A DNA stretch of 64,000 bases from Proteromonas lacertae (lineage: Eukaryota): NCBI GenBank assembly GCA_002245135.1, contig NGBS01001160.1:1-64000 (forward strand), given 5' to 3'. Positions 1 to 12,319 of this stretch are shown here, piece by piece. Under the pieces are notes generated by a model. The model ran no database searches. It was not told the DNA's origin and saw nothing but the letters and a program-made list of their open reading frames with translations. Positions within the stretch are counted from its first letter, which is position 1. Every line of letters starts with the position of its first letter. Position numbers and translations under genes: made by a program.

Positions 1-1160
1 GTATACAACAAAACAGGAACAGTATTATGCGATTTAGATAACAGCTATAATGAATATAGAGACTATAATGCATGAATTATCTTATCATTGTCCAGATGAT
101 GTGAAAGGTATTAAATATTATGATGATACAATTTGATGGATGTCATGTAGCAAAAGATAAAGCAAATGGTCAATATGAAGTAATAGATCCATTATTATTA
201 CATTATACTCCTGGTAATAGAACAAGATCTAGATGTGGTCTAAAGAAGAACATTATATGGAAGTGATAGATCCTGTAGGAGGATGCACCAATGGTTGATA
301 TAAGAATAAAAAGGCATTGCGATTTCATTTGCTGATTTATTTAATACAATTTTATCATGCAAAAGTGATATTTATTTTGGTGAAACAATTTATATTTCAA
401 TAACATTTGCAGGAATTAATTCATGGATATTATATAAGCATAAATTAATTGCACAAACAGCTGAGGCTGATCATGATGGAGAAAGCTATTATGATGAATG
501 GGACAAGATTTATTGAAATGAATATAATAAATCCAAAATTATATGTTGCATATAATAAAAGTCCACAATGTAATGCAAATACAATTAATTATGTTACTCA
601 TCATGGTATAGATTTTACTGATTTCAATATAGTTCAGTTAGTAAAAGATACTATTACAGGTGATCCTAATTTTAGCTATAATTTTACTATTAATAGTAGT
701 TTAGGTCCTTATGTGAAATATATATTATATAGAGTTTATATGAATAATGTTGCAACTAGAACACCTTTACCTTTTAAGTTTGCTGATGATAGAAGTTAAA
801 TGGCAAATAAATGATACACCATGTACACCAGATTATTTAAATATAACTAAATATGAAACATTTGAAAAATTATATCCTATAATTAGAGGAACATATTTTG
901 AGAGATGTCATCAAGAAATTGATTGGTATGAAAGATTTTTTGATATATTAAATTTCGGAAGTGATTCATTAACTGATATAAAATCAAGAGCAGGTAGAGA
1001 TTTAAGTAAAGATTTAAAAATTACTTTTGAAGCAAGAAATCATGTTTTTGATACAAATAATACTGCTCATCATGCAGTAATGACATATCATCACAAGTTC
1101 TACATTATAACAGGTAAGATGTTAATCATCTCAGCTAGAGGAGTAGAGAAGGTGATTTAA
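1..1160 (+). pseudogene. Probable double jelly-roll major capsid protein, 5'-truncated by the window and frameshifted
   Basis: Fragments in different frames join into one protein: GTVLCDLDN (16-42), FADLFNTILSCKSDIYFGETIYISITF (from 328), ORF 449-799 and ORF 747-1160, ending YIITGKMLIISARGVEKVI*. It resembles PLV-type MCPs from memory only and lies directly upstream of a packaging ATPase. Confidence 0.55.
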
Positions 1161-1213
1161 AAATTATGATTTTAATTACAATTTAATATTTCTATTGCTA
1201 TTATTACTTTATT

Positions 1214-1976
1214 ATGTTTAAGTTTGAAAAAATAAATAACATAAGGGTTGAACCTGTAGATGGTGGTGAAAATTCAATCCTAAGAAGATAGTTGGTTATG
1301 ATTATTTCAATGAGCCATTTTGTAACATTTTTATAGTTGCTCGTAAAAATAGTGGTAAGACTACTCTCATCTATAATATATTAAGACATGTTTTGGATCC
1401 AAGATATAAAGAAAAAACAACATGTTCACTTCTTTGTGGGAACTATCAAACAAGACAAGTTATATGATTCAATCAAAGAATTACTCGATTATCACGAAAT
1501 TGATTATGATGAAAATGATTCACTCATTGATCCAGAGTCAGGTGAGAATGTGGTAGAGAGAATGATGAAAGAAATAAATGATGTTGATAAAGATAATTAT
1601 TCTTATGCTGAGCATATTATGATCTTTGATGATCTTAGTTTAGAATTAAAAACATCAACAATAATACCTGTACTGATGAAAGAAAATAGACATTTAAAAT
1701 CAAAAAATTATTATTAGTAGTCAATATATAACAGATATAGTACCAGCAGCTAGATCACAAGTTGATTATTGTCTTACATTTTATGGGTTAAGTAATAGAA
1801 ATCTATTTGATTTATACAACTCATTAAATATATGGATCCCTGAGTATGAAACATTTAAAAAATTATATCTTGCAGTCACTAAACCACAATTCAATTTTTT
1901 ATATATTGATAATGTTAAAAAAGTCTTTAGAGCAAATTTTAATATTATGATTGAAGATCATTCTGAAGTTTCTTAA
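1214..1976 (+). pseudogene. A32/FtsK-HerA-family viral DNA packaging ATPase with three 1-nt frameshifts
   Basis: Manual translation: MFKFEKINNIRVEPVDGGE / FNPKKIVGYDYFNEPFCNIFIVARKNSGKTTLIYNIL (Walker A) / ...HIMIFDDL (Walker B)...KENRHLKSK / IIISSQYITDIVPAARSQVDY...EVS*. The RH, SSQ and downstream R motifs are typical of A32 ATPases. Shifts fall in A-runs at ~1269-1272, ~1408-1417 and ~1702-1707. Confidence 0.88.
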
Positions 1977-2031
1977 ATAATATTTTTATAAATATATATA
2001 TATATATATATATATTCATTAATAAAAAATA

Positions 2032-2703
2032 ATGTTTATTGGGGATAGAAATAAAGTTGATGTATTAGATGAAGATAAATTAATAGATGATATTACAAAT
2101 AATATTACAGATAAATTAGATGAAGTGAAAGATCAAATTCTAACAGTATGTAATACAATAAATAGTGTAGTAAATAATATACCTCGTACTATAATACCAA
2201 GACCTTATTGTTTGCATAAACAACATACATTTTATTCTATGAAAAGAAAATATTTAGTTAATGGATCACCTGTATGGGATACTAAAATTACTAAAATACC
2301 AATCAAAATAGAGATGTTTGAGCATTTTATGAAGATTAAATTATATGATGGTTTTACATGTAATTATAGTGGATATATAGGTCATCAATTATATTTAGAT
2401 GAAGATGATATCATCAAAGCTGAACCTGGTAGAGATGAATATTTACAACGTTATTATAATATACTACTAGGATTATACTCTAATAAATTATTCCCCATTA
2501 GAGCAACAAATGTTAAAGATACTTATCATACATTAACTAATAGACCTTATTATGAGATAAAACATACATTAGTTAATAATAATAATAATCAACCTACATT
2601 ATGTATTGTAGCTGATCAATACCCTAATCAAGAATATCTTGCAATACCAAGACAGACATTCTTCACAGATTATATGAACACAGGTATTACAGAATTCTTT
2701 TAA
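2032..2703 (+). CDS. Viral-element orphan protein, paralogue 1 (MFIGDRN family)
   Basis: Intact 223-aa intronless ORF whose N-terminus and C-terminal half align by eye with the next ORF. Confidence 0.75.
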   Translation: MFIGDRNKVDVLDEDKLIDDITNNITDKLDEVKDQILTVCNTINSVVNNIPRTIIPRPYCLHKQHTFYSMKRKYLVNGSPVWDTKITKIPIKIEMFEHFMKIKLYDGFTCNYSGYIGHQLYLDEDDIIKAEPGRDEYLQRYYNILLGLYSNKLFPIRATNVKDTYHTLTNRPYYEIKHTLVNNNNNQPTLCIVADQYPNQEYLAIPRQTFFTDYMNTGITEFF

Positions 2704-2730
2704 TATAATAATAATAATAATAATAATAAT
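2702..2730. repeat. (AAT)n microsatellite
   Basis: AAT tract immediately after the stop of ORF 2032-2703. Similar tracts at ~12831-12860 and ~26030-26060. Confidence 0.85.
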
Positions 2731-2803
2731 ACGTATATATAAATCAGTTTTAAATTTCTTGATGAATTTAATAGATTTTATATTTTTTATAATATATAAA
2801 ATT

Positions 2804-3688
2804 ATGTTTATTGGTGATAGAAATAATAATACATTAGATATTGATACAAAAGAGATTGCAAGTGAGATATCAAAAAATGTTAGTGTTAATATAGATATTC
2901 AAACATTATCAGATTCTATATCACAAAAGATTCAAATACCAACACCTAATATAACTGTAGATAGTAATAGTATATCAACCTATATAAATCAACCAATAAA
3001 TGATAATACTGATACTAAAACAAAAGCAATAAAAGATGAAGTAGATCAAATTTATAATGAAGTTGATACAATAAGAAATATTGAAAGAGTTGTAGGTTGT
3101 AATGATTATAATACTGATGAAGAATTATATATGACTCAAGGTTTTGGTAAATATGATTCAATTTATAATCATCTTAAATTAATAAATATATATAACCCAC
3201 AACCTTATAGTATTCAAATTACTACATGGACTGTAAAAGTTACTAGAACAGATAATACATCATCAATTATAGATCAGATACCTATTAAAGTTACAATATT
3301 CATGAATTCTATAAGAATCAAAATTTATAATACACATCAATTAATTTATAATGATAGATCAGATATAAAACAAATTGATATTTATCTAGATGATAATCAT
3401 TTATTATCAAAATTATATAGTAATCAATCTGTATTAACTGATTTTTATAATAAGCTTATTGAAAAATACCCTAATGATGGTAGTAATTGTATAGTATTCC
3501 CATTACAAGTTTATAATAATTCTCAATACCCATCAGAATACATACCAACACATTTTATATTAATAAATGATAATAAACCTAATCTACATTTACAAAGTGA
3601 TAGTATTGAAGGTTATCAAAAACAATGTATATTACCTGGTGTTATTGAAACTATGTATATTGATTACAGTATTATCAATCCTTTATAA
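2804..3688 (+). CDS. Viral-element orphan protein, paralogue 2 (MFIGDRN family)
   Basis: True start is probably the ATG at 2804 (atgtttattggtgatagaaataa versus atgtttattggggatagaaataa at 2032). Shares PxPY, IPIK, IKxY, YLD and FP blocks with paralogue 1. Confidence 0.75.
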   Translation: MFIGDRNNNTLDIDTKEIASEISKNVSVNIDIQTLSDSISQKIQIPTPNITVDSNSISTYINQPINDNTDTKTKAIKDEVDQIYNEVDTIRNIERVVGCNDYNTDEELYMTQGFGKYDSIYNHLKLINIYNPQPYSIQITTWTVKVTRTDNTSSIIDQIPIKVTIFMNSIRIKIYNTHQLIYNDRSDIKQIDIYLDDNHLLSKLYSNQSVLTDFYNKLIEKYPNDGSNCIVFPLQVYNNSQYPSEYIPTHFILINDNKPNLHLQSDSIEGYQKQCILPGVIETMYIDYSIINPL

Positions 3689-4014
3689 TATACTATTTAT
3701 TACATCATCAATATCTTTTAGTATAATTTTAGTATATTTTTAGTGAATTATAAACACCTTTTATTAATTTTAGTGAAATCCCACCATGTATTATAAAATA
3801 TTTATCCCATCATCCTTTATATCCCTACCAGTAAAACCAGTAGAACTTAGAATAACATAGCTTGTAGCGACCTGTTCTACCCCTGCCGTGGCTACTGTAG
3901 AGAAAGACTATAGATCAATATTTTACTATTAATCCATCAGTAATTAATATTTCAAATTTTTTAATTTGTTTCCTCAATATTTTAAACATTTTGGATATTT
4001 TGGGTATAGGAACA

Positions 4015-5147
4015 CTAAATATCCTGTTTATTCATATCCTCTATAATATATCTTATATCATTTCCTTTATATCCAATATTCATTGTAGCACCAAAATCAA
4101 CTGATGAACCATGAACTACAAATATGAAGTGATAAAAACCTATTTCCATTTTTACATTTAAGTAACAATGAGGAAAGATAGTTTTAGGATGTTCAAATAC
4201 ATCAGTTATAGTTTTTCTATCTTTAGATATTTCGATATATTTGTGTTTAAATTTATCAATAAAATGAACAGCTATATTAAAAATAAATATATATATATGT
4301 ATATATATACTTCTATTAGATGTTCTTTCCACTTCTATCATCAAATCACTCATTGATATTCTCTTCTTCACATCTTTCACTAATATTTTCTTTATTAATG
4401 GATTTATTAGCTCATTATATTCTATCTTCAAATCACTATAAGTTCCTTTTATTATTTTACTTTCTAAATCAAATAATGTATTACCAGTAAATGGATATTC
4501 TCCACATAAAACATAATAAAATATTACTCCAATACTCCATACATCTATACTCTCCTTAGTTTCTTTATTTTCAATTATTTCTGGGGCTAATGTTCGGATA
4601 TTTTTCATATTATAGGGAAACCCCATTTTTGAATTTTCAAATAACAAATTGAAACAATTATCTGTTAGAAAATAATGATCATAGTCTTTATTGAATAGAA
4701 TATTTGTTGCTCTTATTGCTCCACTTATCATCTTATTACTATGAAGAGTTGATACGCATTGGCATATTTCTGTTATGAATCTAAAACATTCATTTACATT
4801 GATAAAATATTCTTTAGGGTTTATTAAATCTAATGTCTTTTTATATTCTGGTGTTATTAATAAAAGATAATCTGGAGTTTTATTTATCATAGTAAATGGA
4901 ACCATATTGGGTATTTTCATTGTTTGAAGCCTTTGACAAGTGAAGATAAATGACGTTAAATTGACATCCGAGAAATTATTACATATAATTGCTTTCAGCC
5001 GTTTGTATTCATTACCTTTTTGGGTTTTTAATCTGCAGTTAGCAAATTCATTATTAGCATGTAACATACCAACAATCTACAGTATATCATTATATAGTAT
5101 ACATCATAAATATCGCTTAGTCCCAGAGATGAATAGAGTGAACCCAT
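4015..5147 (-). CDS. Protein kinase-fold protein (probable pseudokinase) with a partial SPRY-like C-terminus
   Basis: APE and DVWSIG are present, but the HRDxK loop reads SGAIR and DFG reads DNC. Spliced start MGSLYSS at 5147 (myristoylation-like). Short introns near 5077-5102 and ~4273-4303. Confidence 0.75.
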
Positions 5148-5296
5148 AAAAGAATAACGAAAATTTAAAAAACTGAAATTTGGGGAAACGAAAATTATTT
5201 CTGAAATTACCCCAGACAATTTAAAAAAGGAATTTATTGAACAAATGAATTATCTATTATATTATTAGAAAGTAACAATCAAAATAGCTATCTACA

Positions 5297-6868
5297 TTAT
5301 ATCGTTTTTGTTTCTTTAATTACTAATCCTCCAATTAAAGCTGGAGGTGGTTCAGCCTTCTTATTTTCCTCTGCTTTATTCTCAATGTTTGGTTTATTTA
5401 AATGGAATTGTGATAATCTAACAGGTGGAGATGGTGGTCTCAAATTCAAATTTATACTAATAGGCACAGCTTGTGGCTTCTCTCCTGTAACCATAAGTGT
5501 GAACTTCTGTGGAAAAGCTAAATGATCATCAAAGTTTGCATATCTAGAAGATGCTCTTGAACTTATACTACTACCTCTTTTAATAAAATCATCTGGAGTT
5601 ACTTCATCAAATCCTTTAATACTCAACTTTTCATTATCATCATCTCCTCCTCCATCTACTTCACTTGCTTTTTCATTATTTACTTTTTCAACATCTTCTT
5701 CTTTTACTCTTTCTTCATCATCTACTTTCTCTTCATTATTCTTATCATTTCTTCCTGATTCTAAATCAAATACATCTTCTACTTTCATTTCATTCATACT
5801 TTGCCTTAATACATCATTTACATAATTCTCTACTTGCTCATCTTCCGCTGATTTTGGTGACATTTGATCATAATCCTCCTGTTGTTGTTGTTGTATTTCT
5901 TTATTCTCTTCTTCATTGTTTTCTTTTTCATTTTCATTAATATTTGGTATTTTTGACTGTTGTTGTTTTTCTTCTTCTTCTTCATCTTCCTTAGGTTGTG
6001 GCTGTTGTTGATTGTTATTTATTAATAATACTTTATGCTCAACATAATCATTATCAAATGCATGTGTTACAACTGGTTTATCACTTTCATTATTATTCAT
6101 TGGTTTATTATTAATTACTTCCTCTTCTTCTTCTTCTTCTTCTTCTTTCGCCATTTCTTCTGGTTTTTCTTCTTCCTCATCATCATTAAAGTTGTAATTC
6201 ACATTATTGGATATAATTTCTTCATTTCTTTGAGATTTTGGTGTTTGTGATTCACTTCTACTGCTATTATTATTATTAATAGGTGGGAAAAATGAAGGAG
6301 TAGATTTAGATAATCTTTCTTCTCTTTCTAATGAATCTAAGTTATCTTGGTGGTGATCTACAGCTGTATTATTAACTGCAAATTGTGTGTGCTTTGCTGA
6401 TCGATAATGTTCTTTATTTGTTATTGCTGATTTGGCATATCCACATTCTGTACAAAAATTGAAGGCTGGATAGTTGACATGACTACATACACACATCCAA
6501 CCTACTAATGGCATTGCTGGAGCATTTCTACTGAATGTTATTGAGTCAGCAATATGAATCTATAAGAGTAATAAAATTGAATAATGAATATTCATTATAT
6601 ACATTTGGTAAAAATAAATTTCTTGTACATCTTCGTTTGCCACTATTAACCTAAAGCAAAACAGTTATGAAACGAATAATACTGAATCAAGAGAGGAATT
6701 TGTAGAACCACTATATGAATAATAATAATAAGAGTTATACAGTGAAAAATCCAATGACTTTTTATCGGCCCACTTGCTATTAAAAAATATAACAATCATT
6801 GCTTACCCTGTAGAGTTGTTTGATTTATTTGTAGAGGAATCGTTTCCAATCTTTGGTAGTTTATCCAT
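5297..6868 (-). CDS. RanBP2-type zinc-finger protein with a long acidic disordered tail
   Basis: WMCVCSHVNYPAFNFCTECG motif. Several short 5' exons from the ATG at 6868. Confidence 0.6.
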
Positions 6869-7053
6869 TTCCTAAAAATATTCTAGGTGTATTTTATTAT
6901 AAAAAGAATAAATAACGATTTAATTTGATTTGGCTTGAATACCAAATTTTATTTTTTTCAAATTCACATCAAAAGAACAATGATAATAATTTCATAATAA
7001 AATTTATTTAGTAAAGAATATATATTGGTTTGTATTTTAACGGTTAATTGAGC

Positions 7054-7789
7054 TTAATCAGAATCACTTTCTTCTTCTGATCCACTCTCTTCTTCTGAAC
7101 TCTCTTCATCAGAACCACTCTCCTCTTCTGAAGATGATTCTTCCTCACCAGAGCCACTCTCTTCCTCAGAGGAAGATTCTTCTGAGGAGCTTTCTTTTTT
7201 GTTTGTAGTTGTAGTAGTTGTGACTGGAGGTGGAGCTGTAACAGTTTGTTGTCCAACTCTTGCTCTATTTATATTTTATAAATATTAATTCAACAAAATA
7301 TATAAATATACCTCTTTTCATCTAAATCTTGAAGTGATAAACCATCAATATATAAATCATAGTACCAACCTAATTTAGCATCATCAGAAACAACAATTGA
7401 TATAGTACGACCTTCAATTTTGAAAGGAAATGTATAATCTAAACCTGCATCGAAAAAATCTTGTTCTTCATATTCTGCTTCACCATCAAGTACAACAATC
7501 TTCTTACCAGACAACTGACTGTGGTATATTGAGATTGTATGTTCTTCACCTTCGACAATTAGCTCCCATGTGACTTTTACCTTTGTTCTACAAGATCATA
7601 AATTGATTATGAATACTTTGATAGAAGTCTTCCCACACCTTCTCTTTTAAATGTCACTTGGTAACATCTATTAGGGTCTACATCCTATAGATATATAAAA
7701 ATATATTTCACTTAATTGAAATTCTATACTGCTGTAATTTCTTTAGGACCATTTGCCCAAACATCAGTTGGTTCTTCATAATCATCCAT
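7054..7789 (-). CDS. FAIM1-domain protein with a Ser/Glu-rich tail
   Basis: Spliced protein KVTWELIVEGEEHTISIYHSQLSGKKIVVLDG...YYDLYIDG matches the FAIM fold pattern. The last exon reads ...EESSSEEESGS...DSD* (stop at 7054). Confidence 0.65.
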
Positions 7790-7932
7790 TATGCAAAATT
7801 ATAAATAATCTATATAAATAAAAAAATATAATGTATTTTAGAGTGAATATATTGAAAACATACTCTTAAAATAAAAAAGATATTTTAGATCTCTCAAACT
7901 TCCTCAAACTACTCTCCAATTATTCATTTCAA

Positions 7933-8377
7933 ATGAGTGGTAATAGAAAACATGTACAACTGCATTTTTGTGAGAATTGGTATATTCAAATATATTATAA
8001 GCTAGTAATAACATATTAGTTCCAGCAGAACTGAAAAATCCACCTGGTTTGGTTTATAAATGTCCTAAATGTGATAGTACACGTGCATCGGATGATCCAT
8101 GTGTTTTTGTGTATGATGTGAAAAAAGAACAGGCGTATTTAGTGATATGAATTTATTTTATCATAGAAACGTCTTAGCAACAATTAATGATGATATAATA
8201 TATGATAATACAATTTATAGGACAGATTCTAGAGACAAACATGCACAAAAATGTCCAAAATGTGGTTCTAACGATGCTGTATATTTTATGCATCATGATC
8301 AGTTTGGTGAAGATATGTCCCTTATTTATGTGTGTAAAAAATGTAGAAATAAGTTCATTTCTGGTGGTCATGAATAA
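7933..8377 (+). CDS. RPB9: RNA polymerase II subunit RPB9
   Basis: Two zinc ribbons: FCEN(C)NNIL...YKCPKC and CPKCGSNDAVYF...LIYVCKKC. Two short introns. Confidence 0.85.
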
Positions 8378-8541
8378 TTTTAGTTTTTTTTCTCAATAGT
8401 AAATAGCTTTATTTTTAATTTGTATATTTTTATTACCAAATGAACAGAACTTTTACATAATACGAAGTAATTATATATAATATGTATAATTTATATATAT
8501 ATGTATATAATGGATTCTTTTACACATAAAAAGATATACTG

Positions 8542-10508
8542 TTATATGGACTTTGCTACACAAGAAGATGAACCAATTGTATTTGAATAAAACAAATATC
8601 TTGGAACAAAATATGCTGAAATAATCTAATAATCAAAAAAGTAACTAATATAAAGTATATATACATCAGTTAAAAATGCTCTAACAGGATTAATTGTAGT
8701 AATTTCAAAATCATCAGTATCTAGTTTCTCAATTACATTATCAACAATCTTCCTATCAAAATAAGATGATAAATTCATATCTCCAGTCAAATATTTCTTT
8801 GTAATTGTTTGAAGTTTTGTCAATCTCAATGTTAATTGTGATGTTTTCTCAACATTCCTAATAGATCTTAAAAACTCAACCAATTTCACAGAATCTTTCA
8901 AATGATATTTATCCAGTAAGAAATCTGAGAATATTGACTTTGCTTCTGGATCTGCTAATATTCCAGCAATACCAACTACTGGTTTGTTTCCTTTGGTCCA
9001 AGCTATTGGAATAGCTTGATATAATGCAATACAACTACTACGACATGTTAATGGTAAACTATCTACTGAAATAATAATAATAAAGTTATATATAAATACT
9101 ATTATATTTATTGTCACTAACAGTTGAAGAAGATTCTGGAAATATAACTGGACTACTTTTTGAAGACATCCTTTTTCTAAAACTGTTATTCAAAGATGAT
9201 GATGAATGACCTGAATTTCTAGCTGATGTATTTTTATACTCTTCTTTACTTTCAGACATTTTTGATTCATTAAATTGTGGATATATTGATTTAGATAAAA
9301 CTGTTGGTGATTGTGCAAATAAAGAAGACATTATCATATCTAATGGAGCTTTATAATAAAACTCTAATAGTTTACCATACTATATATATTAAATAATAAT
9401 AATACAGTGTCACTAGTTCTAAATGTATTGTCGATATCTTTATCAATTAAATTCAAACATTTCTCCTGCAATGTTCTAAATGGATAATGTCCTAATGTAC
9501 GATTATTGATTTGTTTCTGTAAAGTTTCATATTCTGAACTATCTAACATACTACTGATCGATTTATGAGTAATTAAATATTTATTATAAATCTCAGTAGC
9601 AGAATCTTCTCTATCTTCTGAACTGAAGATATGATTGAATAAAAATATATCATTTAATAAATCAACAAAAATTAAGTCAGATGGAAAATTCTTATTTAGA
9701 AATTCGACTAGAAATGGTCTTAAATCACTATTTTCAATTATGCATTTATAAGATAGATGTTGTATATAAGATATCCTGTATTTATGAAACTGTTCATTAC
9801 ATATTGAACTGTTAAGAAAATCTGTCAATTGTTCAGTTTCAAATTGGTATAGTAATTCTTGTTGCAATTCGTAGAATAGAGTTGGGCTTTGCGATGCTTG
9901 TACTCTAGTCATTAAATGATCATATAATCTGGATCTGATTTTATCAGGAACTAATACATTTATTAAAATGAGTATAATATACTTTGGATTTCCATTGGAG
10001 AACCATATGGAATAAATGATGAATAAATAGAAAGCGCCAATTTTGGTGGAGGATCCATGTTATGGATATAATATACTTTGTATGCTTCAATACTATTCCA
10101 TAGAAGCATCATATCAATTGAAAAATCAGTTTTTAGAAATGATATAAAGGATGATAATTCTTTTGGATCATCAAAAATCTAACCGCCAAATATATGAAAA
10201 AAATACGGAATTAGTCTTGGAATAGAGAGAATGATCTACTTTCTTACTGTCATTAAGTGACAATATAGCTGGGTTTTCGATTGACTCTCTTCTTTTGCGA
10301 TAACAAGGACTTGACATTATACAGCCATTACTGCTCGCCTAAGATATAAAGATATTTTTTATACTGTTGGTGATAGTTGTGATTCTGATAAATCAGATGA
10401 TTTGCCCTAAGTTGTATTAAAAGAGTAAATGCATACACTGCTGATATAGGAACTACTGCCACTCTTTCCCGATATAAATGGCGATTTAAAGTTCATTATA
10501 TAAGTCAT
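8542..10508 (-). CDS. Multi-RGS-domain protein
   Basis: Three RGS-like helical blocks: FISFLKTDFSIDMMLLWNSIEAYK, FLVEFLNKN...ATEIYNKYL and FSDFLLDKY...ITKKYL. Multi-exon. Confidence 0.6.
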
Positions 10509-10637
10509 AATCACTTTACAACCATACAATAGCAAGATAAAAAAGAAAACTGTAAGAACAGTTTGGCTTGTTCTTTTTAAAATCTATAATGAATAAAGGA
10601 CAGAAATGTTGGTAACAAAAAAAATAATAGGGTTGGT

Positions 10638-12166
10638 ATGGTGAAAAATGATAAAAGACACTTCTGTAGATGGTGTAGAGTGTGGATGCCGAATGATCCA
10701 GCTGTATATTTATTGATTTCTATTATATAGACAGTTGCAAATCATGAAGGAAGTAAATCACACAAAGTAAAAAGTGCAAAATTTATTCTACAGCAGCAGA
10801 TAGTAGAACAGCATATAGAAGAAGAGAAATTAAGAACTATCAATACACTCAAGTATATTCAAAAAGAAGCTGAGAGACAGGTAGCAGGAGATGTCTACAG
10901 AAAAACTCCAGCATATATGAACTCAAATATAGGCAAGAAAGAAGATCCAGACGATTTATATGCAAATTTCAAATCAAATGGTGAATGTGCAATGGGTGAT
11001 GATATTAATCCACCACTAAAACCTAAACAATTAAAACAACCATTATTCAATTTTCAAATGTCATCAGTTCCTCCTCCACCTCCATCTACTCCTCCTCCTC
11101 CTTTTGATAATGGCTTTGTGCCTCCTCCACCACCTCCACCTCCAAATTTTCCACCTCCCAAACCAAAGCTTGAACCAGATCATTCCTTCAAAATAGCAAG
11201 AAGACAACCTCCAGCCCCAATTAATGGTGAAGCTTATCATCCAATATCTGATTTTATAAGCAAAATAATATTAGGATGTCCAGTTAAATCAATCAATACA
11301 AAAGATGTATGGAAAGATGCAATATTGGTTAATATAGGAGAAAAGAAGATAGAAGGAACAAATACAGTAATTCCAAAGTATACGGTAGTTGATATAATAT
11401 CAGAGAAACAATATAAATTAATAGGTGATCAAATATATCTATTAGAAAGTGAATTGAATAAATGCATTGAAATAAATAGTGAATTATCAAAAATATCAAG
11501 TATTAATGATAAAAACTATAATAATATTACATGGAAAAGAGGAATGCAATGTCAAGCTAGATATTCAGTCAATTTTCAATGGTATCCAGCTATTATAATC
11601 AATACAAATAAAGATATTACATATGTAACTGTTGTATTTGCTGGATATTTGAATAAAGAAACATTACCAGTGTCTTTTATTTGTCCAATTGGGATAAATC
11701 CTGAAGAAATGAAGAAAGAAGAGATTGTGAATGGACATGAAGTTATTGATATTGTATATATTATTATTATTATTATATATAGCCACTACAGAATTATGGA
11801 GATTGGCAAACTGTATCTGTAAAGGAACTAACATCAGAAGAAGTTGAAGAACAACAAACAGCATTAGACAAAGCAAAGTATGAAGATTTGATAAGTGAAG
11901 AAGAATCTAGACAAAGAATTGAAAAAGAGTTATTGAAGCATATAAATGATGATAATGAAGATGAAATAGATACGTTGAACACATTTAATCCACATGGAGG
12001 TGATACTTATAAAGGTGTTAATATAAAATCAATGAAAGAAGGTTCTTTAGAAGATTTAAATGATATAAGTTTAATGAGAGAAGATAATAATGGAGTAAAA
12101 ATTGAATTTAAGAAGAAGGGTAAAAAGAATATAATAAATAAAAGAATTAAAGTTGAAGATGAATGA
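10638..12166 (+). CDS. WBP4-like U1/matrin zinc-finger protein with proline-rich and Tudor domains (probable splicing factor)
   Basis: HFCRWCRVWMPND...NHEGSKSH zinc finger, polyproline tract and WKRGMQCQARYS...WYPAII...VVFAGY Tudor motif. Start codon uncertain. Confidence 0.7.
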
Positions 12167-12319
12167 ATAAAAATATAAAAATGTGATTTTGTTTAGTAAA
12201 TTAATAACTTTTGTTTTTTTTCTATGAAATTGTTTTATTTGAATAATTTAGATTCTTTTTTATTCAACATTAGTAAGAATATATAAAAGATGTTAAACTA
12301 GTTTTAAAAAAATACTGAA

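Larger units (their letters stand above)
1..3910 (+). mobile_element. Endogenous Polinton-like virus / virophage-type element (right part; left end outside the window, right boundary approximate)
   Basis: Four co-oriented intronless genes, unlike the intron-rich host genes: probable major capsid protein, A32-like packaging ATPase and two paralogous orphans. A locally GC-richer non-coding tail follows at ~3780-3910. Confidence 0.8.

Noticed and set aside
2759..2803. N-terminal extension of ORF 2759
   Set aside because: The paralogue alignment places the start at ATG 2804; the upstream part looks like an AT-rich spacer.
3836..3945. tRNA or hammerhead ribozyme at the viral end
   Set aside because: No cloverleaf or T-loop consensus and no complete CTGATGA/GAAA core with flanking stems.
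7044..7256. 70-aa basic ORF
   Set aside because: Wrong frame; splicing gives the Ser/Glu-rich tail of the FAIM-like gene.
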